From the NCBI GenBank assembly GCA_043101605.1, contig JBICIG010000060.1, positions 5,203 through 69,202 of the forward strand: DNA of 64,000 nucleotides, given 5' to 3'. The DNA comes from Phycisphaerales bacterium JB037. GTDB taxonomy: Bacteria; Planctomycetota; Phycisphaerae; Phycisphaerales; UBA1924. The notes beneath the pieces are model-generated. The model was not told the DNA's origin, searched no databases, and was given only the letters and a program-made list of their open reading frames with translations. Shown here in pieces: positions 17,119-26,387 of this stretch (position 1 is its first letter; the number at the start of each line of letters is the position of its first letter). The translations under genes and the position numbers were made by a program.

Positions 17119-18252
17119 TCAGTGCCCGAACAGGTTCTTCTCGCCGAACATGCCCGCCTGCTCGAAGTACTCGAGGGCCTCGGCGGTGCTGGAGAAGATG
17201 CGGGTGGCGGTCTCGGTGATGAACGGGCTGGGTGCCTTCTTGGGCTTCCAGACGACATAGACCTCCTTGGTGTGCTCCCACGCGTGCTGGAGCTCGCGCT
17301 CCACGCCGCTGGAGAGGCCCGGGATGTCCTTGCCGTCCTTGCCCGGGAGCTCGGGCACATAGCTGACGATCATGTCGGACTGATCGATGAGCTTGAAGTC
17401 GCGCATGTAGATCTGCCCGTCGATGTCTCCCGCGATATCCAGCACCTCGCGGACGCGCACGCGGATGGGCTCGGCGGTCTTGGACCCGCCGAAGGAGTGC
17501 GGCGTGTGGTCGATGAACTCCTTGCCCTCGCGGGCCGCCTCGAGCGCCCGATCCAGCAGCAGCTTCTCGTCGACATCGCCCGGATCGAAGGTGATGAAGT
17601 GCTCGGCCAGTTCGGCCCGGAACGCGTCGATCTCCGCGAGCACCTCGGGCATGTCGACCACATGGCTCATCGGGAAGCTGGGGTAGACCCGGCGCATGTC
17701 GGGTCGGCAGACGAGGCGGAACATGGTGCGGGTCGTCTCCGTGTGCCGCCCGCGGCTGACGATGTAGAACTGGCTCCCGGGGATCGCCTTGCTCATCAAT
17801 TCGGTCGCGAGGATCTCCTCTTCGCGCCAGACCATGCAGTCCTTGAGCGTCGCGTCGATCTCGTGCTCGGAGTGCAGGCGGTGGTGCACCACCTCGATGT
17901 TGTCGACCAGGCAGATGAAGACATCGGGCGACATCTTCGAGACCTGATCGAAGTCGAACGCGGGGAACAGCCCGTGACGCCAGCGGAAGGTCGCGTGGGT
18001 GTTGACGATGATGTTGGGCTCGCCGGCGCTGTCGGCGATGATGTCCTTGAACGCGGCCCGGCGGAGGGAGTTGAGCCGGCTCAGCGGGAGGTTGAGGATC
18101 TGCCCGGGGCGGACATCCGGTCCTTCCTGGTACATGATGTCGCCGACATGGAAGACGCTCAGGGGCTCGCCCTGCGAGCCGGCCAGCCTCGCCACGCCGT
18201 CGAGGTAGGGCTTCTTGTCCATCCCGACTTGTCCGGTCACGATCGCGCGCAT
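17119..18252 (-). CDS. fusion protein: archaeal-adenylate-kinase-like N-domain plus nucleoside 2-deoxyribosyltransferase/DNPH1-like C-domain
   Basis: Met22 of ORF 17119..18315. The N-terminus MRAIVTGQVGMDKK sits at the P-loop position and is degenerate. IIVNTHATF and DVFICLVDN resemble AdkA-type kinases. The C-terminus has RVYPSFPMS, DQSDMIVSYVP and GLSSGVERELQHAW, which resemble the NDT/Rcl S-x-G-x-x-x-E motif. The alignment was made from memory. Confidence 0.6.
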   Translation of the reverse strand: MRAIVTGQVGMDKKPYLDGVARLAGSQGEPLSVFHVGDIMYQEGPDVRPGQILNLPLSRLNSLRRAAFKDIIADSAGEPNIIVNTHATFRWRHGLFPAFDFDQVSKMSPDVFICLVDNIEVVHHRLHSEHEIDATLKDCMVWREEEILATELMSKAIPGSQFYIVSRGRHTETTRTMFRLVCRPDMRRVYPSFPMSHVVDMPEVLAEIDAFRAELAEHFITFDPGDVDEKLLLDRALEAAREGKEFIDHTPHSFGGSKTAEPIRVRVREVLDIAGDIDGQIYMRDFKLIDQSDMIVSYVPELPGKDGKDIPGLSSGVERELQHAWEHTKEVYVVWKPKKAPSPFITETATRIFSSTAEALEYFEQAGMFGEKNLFGH

Positions 18253-18343
18253 GGTGCCTCCCGCATCAGCGTCCCACCCCGGCCGACCGACGCCACCACG
18301 CGTCGGGCCGGGCATGATACGCCTCCGGATTCCGCGGACCGAC

Positions 18344-19837
18344 TCAGCCGGCCGGGTCGTAGACGGGGAATTCGATCCCCTCGATCTGCGCCGCGTAGTT
18401 CGCGTGTCGCCCCGCGCTGGTGGCGTAGATCGGGCGGTTGACCTGGTCGTAGCTGAGCGTCCGTACCGTCCGGCGGCTCTTGTGGAACTCGCGGCAGGCG
18501 TCGTCCCATTCGAGCCCCAGGAACTCGATGATCCGCGGGAACTCCCGCTCTGGGTCGGTCACCAGCCGCTCGTAGTGGACATCCAGAATCGGAACATCCA
18601 GCGCGCTCTTCCAGTGCTCCATCATCCGCATCGACTGCTCCCACGCGCGGGCGACCCAGTCGATCTGCGTGGTCCACGCGTGCAGCCGGTTGTTGAACCC
18701 GCCCATGAAGCAACTGATCGCGACATCCCGCGGGTCGCGGATCGCGTGGATGATGCGGGTCTTCGGGAACAGCCGCGCGATCATGCCGACGAGCCGGTTG
18801 TTGCCCAGCGCCTTGTTGACGATCCGCTCGGCGGTCGGCGCCTGGCTCTGGATGTCCTTCAGGTACGCCTTGGCCGCCCGCGTCCAGCGGAACGAGTCGA
18901 ACTTGCCGAAGCTCGCCGGCGGCTCCTTCTCGGGGTCCCACGCCGAAGCGACCTGCAGCGCGAACTGCTGGATCGTGCCCAACTCGCCCACGCCCGCGGC
19001 CTTGGGGTGCGCATCAATGATCTGATCGATCAGGCTCGTCCCGCTCCGCGGCATCCCCGCCACGAACACCGGCACTTCGCTGTCGACCGAGCTGACCGGG
19101 AACCGCTCCATCTTCTCGCGCGACCAGTTCTCGATCAGCACCGACACCTGCTCCTCGTAGAGCTCGGGGTCAAAGTCGAGCTTGCCGAACTCGTTGGCGC
19201 GGAGCCCGGATTCGAACGCGCCGTCATAATCCTTCATCCGATCGCACGCCTTGGCGCGCAGGTGCAGCGCGTTCCGCTTGAGATCGTTCGCGTCGGTCTC
19301 CTCGAGCAACTCATCGATCAGCGCGATTCCCTCGGCGAATTGCTTCCCCTGCACCAGCAGCTTCGCCCACTCGTACCGCTCGGCGGGCTGGGCCGGAACA
19401 CCCTGCTTGTGCGCCCGCTCGAGCATCGGCCCGATAACGCCCCGCGCCTCGTCGAACCGTCCCGCTTCCTCCAGCGCGCCGCCCTTGATCAGGTTCGCCA
19501 CGCGATGGAACGGGTTCTTCCGGATCACGCGATCGCACAACTCGACCGCCTCGTCGGTCTCGCCCATCGCCCGCTTCGTGCGCGCGAGCAGCAGCACCGC
19601 GTCCTCGTGCTCGAAGAGGTCCAGGGCCTTGCGGGCGTACCTGGCGGCGTCACCCGGTCGGTGGGCCATCTCGAACGCGACGCCCATGAGGTACAACGCC
19701 TCGGCATCCGGCTTCTTCGCGTTGAGCAGGTCGCGGAGCGCGGGCTCAACCTTGCCGAGCTCCCGGTTCGACAGCGCCTCGTGCGCGGCACGGATCGCAC
19801 GCTGACGCTTGGATGCCGGTTCCTTGGGCTGGAGCAT
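18344..19837 (-). CDS. TPR-repeat sulfotransferase
   Basis: The N-terminal half contains TPR repeats. The C-terminal half has the PAPS motifs VAGMPRSGTSL (5'-PSB) and IHAIRDPRDVAIS (3'-PB). Confidence 0.85.
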   Translation of the reverse strand: MLQPKEPASKRQRAIRAAHEALSNRELGKVEPALRDLLNAKKPDAEALYLMGVAFEMAHRPGDAARYARKALDLFEHEDAVLLLARTKRAMGETDEAVELCDRVIRKNPFHRVANLIKGGALEEAGRFDEARGVIGPMLERAHKQGVPAQPAERYEWAKLLVQGKQFAEGIALIDELLEETDANDLKRNALHLRAKACDRMKDYDGAFESGLRANEFGKLDFDPELYEEQVSVLIENWSREKMERFPVSSVDSEVPVFVAGMPRSGTSLIDQIIDAHPKAAGVGELGTIQQFALQVASAWDPEKEPPASFGKFDSFRWTRAAKAYLKDIQSQAPTAERIVNKALGNNRLVGMIARLFPKTRIIHAIRDPRDVAISCFMGGFNNRLHAWTTQIDWVARAWEQSMRMMEHWKSALDVPILDVHYERLVTDPEREFPRIIEFLGLEWDDACREFHKSRRTVRTLSYDQVNRPIYATSAGRHANYAAQIEGIEFPVYDPAG

Positions 19838-19925
19838 GCGTGATCGTATTCAGAATGCTCGGACGGCGCACAGGAAAGCCGCGCCCGATGATCGAGCGCG
19901 GCTCAATGAATCAAACGAACTCAGT

Positions 19926-20543
19926 TCACCGTCGTCGTCGTGCTGTCAGCAGCCCGCCCAAGCCGAGCAGCGCCGCCGATGGCGGCGCGGGCGCGACGAA
20001 CGAAATGAACCCTGACGCCGCCGAATCGCTCGACAGATTCAGCGTCTGCAACTGCATCTCCAGCGCGTAGGTGCTTCCGGCGAACAACTGGAAGTCCATC
20101 GAGCCCGTGGGGCTGGGGTTCGGGCCGACGGTGCCGCTGGCGATCGTCGCCTGCGTCGCGGTGTCGGTGATCAGGAACGAGCCGGAGATGTTCACTCCCA
20201 GCGAGTCCCAGAGGACGCTCGCGGTCGTGTCCGCCGTCACGCCGAAGGAAGTCAGCCGGATCTCGCCCGAGGCGCTCTCCTGCTCGTCACCGTCGCCCAC
20301 CTCGATCCGCATCTCACGAGGCCGGGCGAACGCCGAAGCCGACGCGCCCGCCACGCTCGCGCCCAGGTCAAAGAACCCCTGCCCCGGGGGCTGATTGTCG
20401 GTGCCCGACCCGAATCGCAGGCTGTAGACATAGCTCGACGCTGTGTAGGTAAACGGCGAACTGAAAGTCCCCTGCTGCGCACCGGCCGCGCCGCTCAGAC
20501 CCGCGGCGACGAGCGTGCCGCCGAACAGACATGCCTTCTTCAT
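19926..20543 (-). CDS. PEP-CTERM-type secreted protein, paralog 1 (205 aa)
   Basis: ATG at 20543 inside ORF 19926..20735. Begins MKKACLFGGTLVAAGLSGAAGAQ and ends FISFVAPAPPSAALLGLGGLLTARRRR. Confidence 0.8.
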   Translation of the reverse strand: MKKACLFGGTLVAAGLSGAAGAQQGTFSSPFTYTASSYVYSLRFGSGTDNQPPGQGFFDLGASVAGASASAFARPREMRIEVGDGDEQESASGEIRLTSFGVTADTTASVLWDSLGVNISGSFLITDTATQATIASGTVGPNPSPTGSMDFQLFAGSTYALEMQLQTLNLSSDSAASGFISFVAPAPPSAALLGLGGLLTARRRR

Positions 20544-20589
20544 CCTGTCCCCTCCCTCCGCGGGATCGCTGGGAACTCTGGACGACGCG

Positions 20590-21207
20590 TCACCGGCGTC
20601 GGCGCGTCGCCAGCAACCCGCCCAGCCCGAGCAACGCCGCCGAGGACGGCGCGGGCACCACCAGCGAGATGAACCCCGAGGAAGCCGAGTCGCCGGACGA
20701 CACCTGTCCTGTCTGAATCGAGAAAGTGAGCTCATAAAAAACGCCGGCGGTGAGCGGGATGTTGAGCAAGCCGCCGGCCGATTGGTTGGGACCGAGATTC
20801 AGGTCCACGAGGGGCGTGTTCGTCGAGAGATCCCGCAGGACGAGAAGACCACTGGCGTAGGTTGTGGATGCATCCCATGTCAGGAGTGCGACGGTCGATT
20901 CGGTGACCGTGAACTCCATGTCCCGGATTTGCCCAGTCGATGTCGCGATCTCATCGCCGTCGGCGGCCTCGACCCGGAACTCGCTCGCCGACCCGAGCGC
21001 CAACGCGGACCCGTCGCGGAAGGCCGCGCTCAAAGAGAAGGGGCCTGAGAAGAACGTGGCATTATCCGAGTCGCTGCCGAACGAGGCCGTAGAAGTAGAC
21101 ACGATCGCCGAATAGACATAGGCGATTGAGAACTCCGCCTGCGCGCTCGCGGTGCCCGTCAAACCCGCGGCCACGAGCGTGCCGCCGAACAGACATGCCT
21201 TCTTCAT
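20590..21207 (-). CDS. PEP-CTERM-type secreted protein, paralog 2 (205 aa)
   Basis: Begins MKKACLFGGTLVAAGLTGTASAQ and ends SASSGFISLVVPAPSSAALLGLGGLLATRRRR. Confidence 0.8.
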   Translation of the reverse strand: MKKACLFGGTLVAAGLTGTASAQAEFSIAYVYSAIVSTSTASFGSDSDNATFFSGPFSLSAAFRDGSALALGSASEFRVEAADGDEIATSTGQIRDMEFTVTESTVALLTWDASTTYASGLLVLRDLSTNTPLVDLNLGPNQSAGGLLNIPLTAGVFYELTFSIQTGQVSSGDSASSGFISLVVPAPSSAALLGLGGLLATRRRR

Positions 21208-21266
21208 CCTGTCTCTCCTGACGCTCTCGCACGAATGAACGAATCCGATTCACGCCTCACCATCAA

Positions 21267-21884
21267 TCAACGCCGCCGGCGTGCCGCCAGCAACCCTCCC
21301 AGCCCGAGCAACGCCGCCGAGGATGGCGCGGGCACGACCAGCGAGATGAACCCCGACGAGGCCGAGTCACCGGTCAACACCTGTCCTGCCTGAATTGAGA
21401 AGTTGATGCGATACATCACGCCGGGGTTGAGCGGGATGTTGAGCGAGCCGCCGGCCGATTGGGTGGGACCCAGGTTCACGCCCACAAGAAAGATGCCCGT
21501 CGAGAGATCCCGCAGCTCCATGTATCCCCCGGCGTGGGGTGTGGATGCATCCCATGTCAGGAGAGCGACGGTCGCTTCGGTGACCGAGAACCGCATCTCC
21601 TCGATGCTCGCGAGCGCTCCCGCGATCTCATCGCCGTCGGTGGCCTCGACCCGGACCTCGGTGGCCGACGCGAACGCCGACGCCGATCCATCGCGGTACG
21701 CCGCGCTGAACGAGAACGGACCCGAAAGGCCGAAGCCCTGCTCCTCATCGCCGCCGAACGCGTAGGTGTAAGTCTGTGCCCTCGCCGCTTCGACATAGCT
21801 GATCCCGAACTCCGCCTGGGCACTGGCCGCACCGCTCAAACCCGCGGCCACGAGCGTGCCGCCGAACAAGCACAACTTCTTCAT
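21267..21884 (-). CDS. PEP-CTERM-type secreted protein, paralog 3 (205 aa)
   Basis: Begins MKKLCLFGGTLVAAGLSGAASAQ and ends SASSGFISLVVPAPSSAALLGLGGLLAARRRR. Confidence 0.8.
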   Translation of the reverse strand: MKKLCLFGGTLVAAGLSGAASAQAEFGISYVEAARAQTYTYAFGGDEEQGFGLSGPFSFSAAYRDGSASAFASATEVRVEATDGDEIAGALASIEEMRFSVTEATVALLTWDASTPHAGGYMELRDLSTGIFLVGVNLGPTQSAGGSLNIPLNPGVMYRINFSIQAGQVLTGDSASSGFISLVVPAPSSAALLGLGGLLAARRRR

Positions 21885-22054
21885 GATGCCCCTCTCTCCG
21901 ATGTGAAGTCCGCGCGCCCGTTCGGGCAGAGCCTCACAAGCTACCTGACGCCTCCCGATCGGCCGCGCAAGATGTCAGATACAGCTTGCAGATTTGCTGG
22001 CACCGTCTGATTTCCTGTCTTTGTTCGCCTCCACGTTCCCTCACCAGCTCTCGC

Positions 22055-22082
22055 TTGACATATAAGCGAATCGTGATATATT
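22055..22082 (+). promoter_or_regulatory. sigma-70-like promoter of the arsR-family operon (predicts a leaderless mRNA)
   Basis: TTGACA (22055..22060), a 16-nt spacer, then TATATT (22077..22082). The ATG lies at 22089, 6 nt after the -10 element. This is an AT-rich island in a GC-rich background. Confidence 0.6.
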
Positions 22083-22088
22083 TCCAGT

Positions 22089-22466
22089 ATGACCGCTCTG
22101 GAGGCCACTGTCTTCGAGGCTCTTGCCGACCCCGTCCGCCGGGCGTTGCTCGATGCGCTCCGCGCCGGGGATCGGTCGGTCTCCGAGCTCATCGAGGTCG
22201 TCGCGGCCCGCGTGCGACGGATCACCCAGCCCGCGGTCAGCCAGCACCTGGCGGCGTTGAAACAGGCGGGGCTGGTGCGCTCCCGCAAGGACGGGCGCCG
22301 CCGCATCTACACGCTCCGCGCCGGCCCGCTCCGCCGGGTGCATGACTGGGTCGCTCATTACGAAGCGTTCTGGGATGACCGGCTCGACGCGCTCGGCCAG
22401 CACCTCGACACGAACCCCCACGAAACCCACGGCTCCCGCGACCCCCGCGCGGGGCGGGAACCCTGA
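22089..22466 (+). CDS. ArsR/SmtB-family transcriptional regulator
   Basis: The wHTH segment FEALADPVRRALLDALRAGDRSVSELIEV...ITQPAVSQHLAALKQAGLV..RKDGRRRIY is present. Confidence 0.9.
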   Translation: MTALEATVFEALADPVRRALLDALRAGDRSVSELIEVVAARVRRITQPAVSQHLAALKQAGLVRSRKDGRRRIYTLRAGPLRRVHDWVAHYEAFWDDRLDALGQHLDTNPHETHGSRDPRAGREP

Positions 22467-23003
22467 ATGCCCCGCGACTCGCTCACCAAGACGGCCGAGT
22501 ATCCGCACCCGCCCGAGCGGGTCTGGGTGGCGCTGACCGATGCGCGGGCGCTCGCCGAGTGGCTGATGCCCAACACCTTCGGGCGGGCCGAGGTCGGTCA
22601 CCGCTTCGAGTTCCGGTACGACCCGATGCCGATGTGCGGGGCGGGCATCACCGAGTGCGAGGTGCTCGAGGTCGATCCGCCCCGGCGGATGCTCTGGTCG
22701 TGGCGGAATGTCAACACGCCCGGCAAGCGTCAGCCGCCGACGATGACGGTGGAGTGGACGCTCGAGCCCGCGACGGTCCGCGGCGAGCCGGGCACGCGCC
22801 TGACGCTCGTGCAGCGCGGCCTGAAGGGCCAGTTGCCGTTCCACGGCCTGATGATGTCGATGGGCTGGAGCCGCTTCCTCAAGCGCATGATCCCCGGGGT
22901 GCTCCCGCATGTGAACGACGACGGGTCGTACACCCCCGGTGCCATCCCGCTGGACAAACGCTGTTACAAAGCGCGCACGATCCCCGACGAGTTCGTGCGC
23001 TGA
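22467..23003 (+). CDS. SRPBCC / Aha1-domain protein
   Basis: The ATG directly abuts the arsR stop. YPHPPERVWVALTDARALAEWLMP..F....GHRFEF is the common ArsR-associated SRPBCC partner. Confidence 0.85.
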   Translation: MPRDSLTKTAEYPHPPERVWVALTDARALAEWLMPNTFGRAEVGHRFEFRYDPMPMCGAGITECEVLEVDPPRRMLWSWRNVNTPGKRQPPTMTVEWTLEPATVRGEPGTRLTLVQRGLKGQLPFHGLMMSMGWSRFLKRMIPGVLPHVNDDGSYTPGAIPLDKRCYKARTIPDEFVR

Positions 23004-23074
23004 TCGGCTACGGGCGCCGTGCAATGACGCCGCCGCCGTGCCCAAGAACCCGCATCCGAACCAGAGAGGAACCC

Positions 23075-23722
23075 ATGATGAAGAAGTCGCTGACCGTCGC
23101 CGTCGCCGCCCTGCTCGGAGCCGCCGCGATCGCGGGCTCGATCCAGCCCGAGCCCGCCTCGAACCCGGCGGGAAAGCTGGGCAAGGAGATCGTCGACGCC
23201 AAGATGGCGCGCATGCAGGGCGGGATGGCCGCGTGGATGGAATCCATGCAGCCCGGCAAGCCGCACGAGATGCTCAGCAAGCTCGTCGGCGACTGGGAGG
23301 TGCGCACTCAGATGTTCATGGGACGCGACGCCGACCCCATGGAGACGATCTTCCAGAGCTCGGCCGAGATGACCATGGGCGGGCGCTACCTCGAGCAGCG
23401 CGGCAAGGGCAGCTTCATGGGCATGTCCATGGATTCGCTGCTGGTCCTCGGCTACGACAATGTCCGCCAGCTCTTCCACGCCACCATGTTCGATTCGACC
23501 AGCACCGGTGTGCGCACGCTCTACGGCAACCTCGACGAGACCGGCCGCGTTCTCACTTTCGTCGGCCCCATGGACGAACCCATGACCGGCGAGATCGGTA
23601 AGTCCTTCCGCGTCGTGATGACCTTCGAGTCCGCCGACCGGTACTCGTACACGATCGACGAGATTCTCTACGGCGAGCCGTTCACGGTCGTCCGTGCCGT
23701 CGCGATCCGCCGAGGCGAGTGA
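23075..23722 (+). CDS. secreted DUF1579-like protein
   Basis: ATG at 23075 follows AGAGAGGA. Signal peptide MMKKSLTVAVAALLGAAAIAG. Contains LSKLVGDWEVRTQMFMG....MGGRYLEQRGKGSFMGM. Confidence 0.7.
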   Translation: MMKKSLTVAVAALLGAAAIAGSIQPEPASNPAGKLGKEIVDAKMARMQGGMAAWMESMQPGKPHEMLSKLVGDWEVRTQMFMGRDADPMETIFQSSAEMTMGGRYLEQRGKGSFMGMSMDSLLVLGYDNVRQLFHATMFDSTSTGVRTLYGNLDETGRVLTFVGPMDEPMTGEIGKSFRVVMTFESADRYSYTIDEILYGEPFTVVRAVAIRRGE

Positions 23723-23749
23723 CCCGGTCTCTCCTCTGACCCCCTCCGC

Positions 23750-23790
23750 GAGCCGGCGTCCCGATCATCCGGGGCGCCGGCTCACACTTT
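23750..23790 (+). terminator. possible terminator hairpin
   Basis: GAGCCGGCG..(CCCG-atcatc-CGGG)..CGCCGGCTC is followed by ACACTTTG. The T-tract is weak. Confidence 0.4.
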
Positions 23791-23930
23791 GCGCGCGCCG
23801 CCATGCCGCGACCGGTCCGGCGGAAGGCCCGCTCGTCGCAACCGGGGCTCTGCGCCCGCGGTAGCATCCGCATCGGTCGCGGCGCTCGGCTCGGGCCGAG
23901 CCCGTCGCGCCCGAAGCCGGAGCCCTCCCC

Positions 23931-25301
23931 ATGCCCCTTCGATCGCCCTTCCGGTCGGCGTTGCTGCCGATGCTGGCTCTGTTCGTGTGCGTCTCCGCCG
24001 CGCCGGCGCAGGAGACACGCGACCCGAACCTTCCCCGCCGGGCGTTTCTCGGCGCGGCGCTGGAGCCCGATGACGCCGGGGCGCGCGTGCTCCGCGTCAT
24101 CGAGGGCTCGTCCGCCGCCGCGATCGGGCTCGAGCCGGGCGATGTCATCACGGCGCTCGGCGACCAGCCCATCTCCAACCCCGGAACGCTCATCGACCTG
24201 CTCACAGCCCATCGCGCCGGCGAGCGGGTCTCGGTCTCGTTCGTGCGCCGGGACCAGCAACTCGAGAAGACCGCCACGCTCGTTGAGTTCCCGCGCGAGG
24301 AGATCGAGGGCTGCGAGGTTCTCTACGCCTCGGTGCCGACGGTCGACGGCGGGTGGCTCCGCACCATCGTCACGCGCCCGCTGCCCGACGCCGAGAACCC
24401 CGACAAGGTCTTCCCGGCGATCCTGATGATCCAGGGCGTCGGGTGCGGGTCGATCGACCAGCCCTTTGAGGACCGGCGCGACCCGTTCGTCCGGCTCTGC
24501 CATGAACTCGCCAGGCGCGGCATCGTCACCATGCGCGTCGAGAAGTCGGGCATGGGCGACTCGACCGGCATGCCCTGCTCCGAACTCGACTTCCTCAACG
24601 AGATGGAGGGGTACCGCAACGCACTGCTCTCGCTGGCGACCGAGTACCCGTTCGTCGACGACATGCGCCTGTTCATCTTCGGACATTCGATGGGCGGCGT
24701 CATGGCGCCGCGCATCGCCGAGGACATCGGCGTGCGCGGGATCGCGGTCTTCGGCACCATCGGGCGGAACTTCTACGAGTACGCGATCGAGAACAGCCGA
24801 CGCCAGTTCGAACTCCGCGGCATCGACCCGGTCGACCTCGACAACCGCCAGCAGGTCTTCCAGGAGTTTCTCGCGCGCGTTGTCTTCGAGCAGATGACCC
24901 CCGCCGAGGCGCTCGACAGCGCCCCTCACCTGGTCTCGGTCGACCGCTCGTTCTTCGACGACACCCACCTGTGGGGTCGCCACGCGAGCTTCTGGCACCA
25001 GCTCCAGGCGCTCCCGATCGCCGGGGGGTGGGAGCAACTCGGCCCGCGGACCCGGGTGCTGGCGATCCACGGCGAGTTCGACTGGGTCTCGGACCCCGTC
25101 GAGCACCGCGAGATCGTCGAGATCGCCAACTCGTCCAATCCCGGGCTCGCCGAGTTCCTGAGCCTCCCCCGCGCCGACCACGCGTTCACCACCCACCCGA
25201 GCATCGAATCGAGCCTCGGCGCGATCGGTCAGGGCGAATTCTCGCAAAGCATCGTCGTCGCGATCCTCAGCTGGATGGACGAATCGGTCAGTTGGGACTG
25301 A
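23931..25301 (+). CDS. secreted PDZ-domain alpha/beta hydrolase
   Basis: Has a signal peptide, a PDZ-like segment (VLRVIEGSSAAAIGLEPGDVITALGDQPI) and the nucleophile elbow GHSMGG. Confidence 0.8.
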   Translation: MPLRSPFRSALLPMLALFVCVSAAPAQETRDPNLPRRAFLGAALEPDDAGARVLRVIEGSSAAAIGLEPGDVITALGDQPISNPGTLIDLLTAHRAGERVSVSFVRRDQQLEKTATLVEFPREEIEGCEVLYASVPTVDGGWLRTIVTRPLPDAENPDKVFPAILMIQGVGCGSIDQPFEDRRDPFVRLCHELARRGIVTMRVEKSGMGDSTGMPCSELDFLNEMEGYRNALLSLATEYPFVDDMRLFIFGHSMGGVMAPRIAEDIGVRGIAVFGTIGRNFYEYAIENSRRQFELRGIDPVDLDNRQQVFQEFLARVVFEQMTPAEALDSAPHLVSVDRSFFDDTHLWGRHASFWHQLQALPIAGGWEQLGPRTRVLAIHGEFDWVSDPVEHREIVEIANSSNPGLAEFLSLPRADHAFTTHPSIESSLGAIGQGEFSQSIVVAILSWMDESVSWD

Positions 25302-25343
25302 TCGCCCCGCCTCCCGCCCGCCCCGGGCGGGTACGCTGGGCGC

Positions 25344-26387
25344 GTGCGCTTCTTCGCCCTGCTGACCGTCCGCGACGAGGTCGATGTGATCGACCGCTGC
25401 CTCTCCCACCTCCGATCGTGGGCCGACGCGGTGTTCATCCTCGACACGGGCTCGACCGACGGCACCTGGAAGCGCATCGGGGCCCGCGCGCGGACCGATG
25501 ACCGGATCGTCCCGCTGGCGCGCCGGCCCGTCCTGTTCAACGAGGGAGGCGTGCGCGGGCACCTGTTCGATCTCGCCCGGGATCGATTCGCGCCGGGCGA
25601 CTGGATCTGCCGCGCCGATGCCGACGAGGTCTATCTGATCGATCCGCGCGAGTTCGTGCGCACGCGGCTGAGGCGGGGCGAGGGCGCCATCGCCGCCCGC
25701 CAGTTCGTCTTCGGGATGACCCGCGCCGAGGCCCGCGCGTGGGCGCGGGGCGAGGAGTCCCCGGCCGACCGCGCCCGCCCGCTCGAAGAACGCCGGACGC
25801 GCTTCGTGATGGACGAGTTCCCCGAGGCCCGTTTCTTCCGCTACCGCGCGTCGATGGTCTGGCCTGTGCGCCTGTCGATGCCCGCGTTCCCCGGGCTGCT
25901 CGCCGCCGAGCGCATCCCGATGCGGCACGACCGGTACCGCGACCCGCCGCAGATGCGCCAGCGGTCGGCGCTCCGCGCGATCGTCGCGGCCCGGACCGAC
26001 ACCGTCGGCGAGCACTGGAAGCAGACCGACTGGCGCGCCCAGCTTCTTCCGAACCGTGCGCGCACGATGAAGCCGGGCGATCCGCTGCCCGTGGTCGTGG
26101 AAAGAAACCCGCGCAGCCACCTCGGCCCGCCGATGCGACGGCTGGTGCGTGTGGGGTTCTATCGGCTCGGGTTGGCGCCGCTGGCCGACCGGTTCCAGCG
26201 CCGTGCCGAGAGCGGGCTCGAGCCGATCCCCCGCGCCCTGCAACGCCGGCTCGCCCGCCGACCGGGGCTCTCGCCGCGCACCGGGAATCCGCGGGCCGAA
26301 GCGGATCCGGAGCCCGGTCCCGAGCCGGTTCTTGAGCCGGGTGCCGCCGTGCGCACGCGCCCGATCACCCCCGAGCCCGCCCAATGA
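25344..26387 (+). CDS. glycosyltransferase family 2-like protein
   Basis: GTG start. LLTVRDEVDVIDRCLSHL....VFILDTGSTDGT and RADADEV (DxD-like) are present. Confidence 0.65.
   Translation: MRFFALLTVRDEVDVIDRCLSHLRSWADAVFILDTGSTDGTWKRIGARARTDDRIVPLARRPVLFNEGGVRGHLFDLARDRFAPGDWICRADADEVYLIDPREFVRTRLRRGEGAIAARQFVFGMTRAEARAWARGEESPADRARPLEERRTRFVMDEFPEARFFRYRASMVWPVRLSMPAFPGLLAAERIPMRHDRYRDPPQMRQRSALRAIVAARTDTVGEHWKQTDWRAQLLPNRARTMKPGDPLPVVVERNPRSHLGPPMRRLVRVGFYRLGLAPLADRFQRRAESGLEPIPRALQRRLARRPGLSPRTGNPRAEADPEPGPEPVLEPGAAVRTRPITPEPAQ

Noticed and set aside
16954-18441. 495-aa + strand ORF
   Set aside because: It is antisense to the kinase-like/NDT-like gene and reads through the heptamer array. 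Its composition is low complexity.
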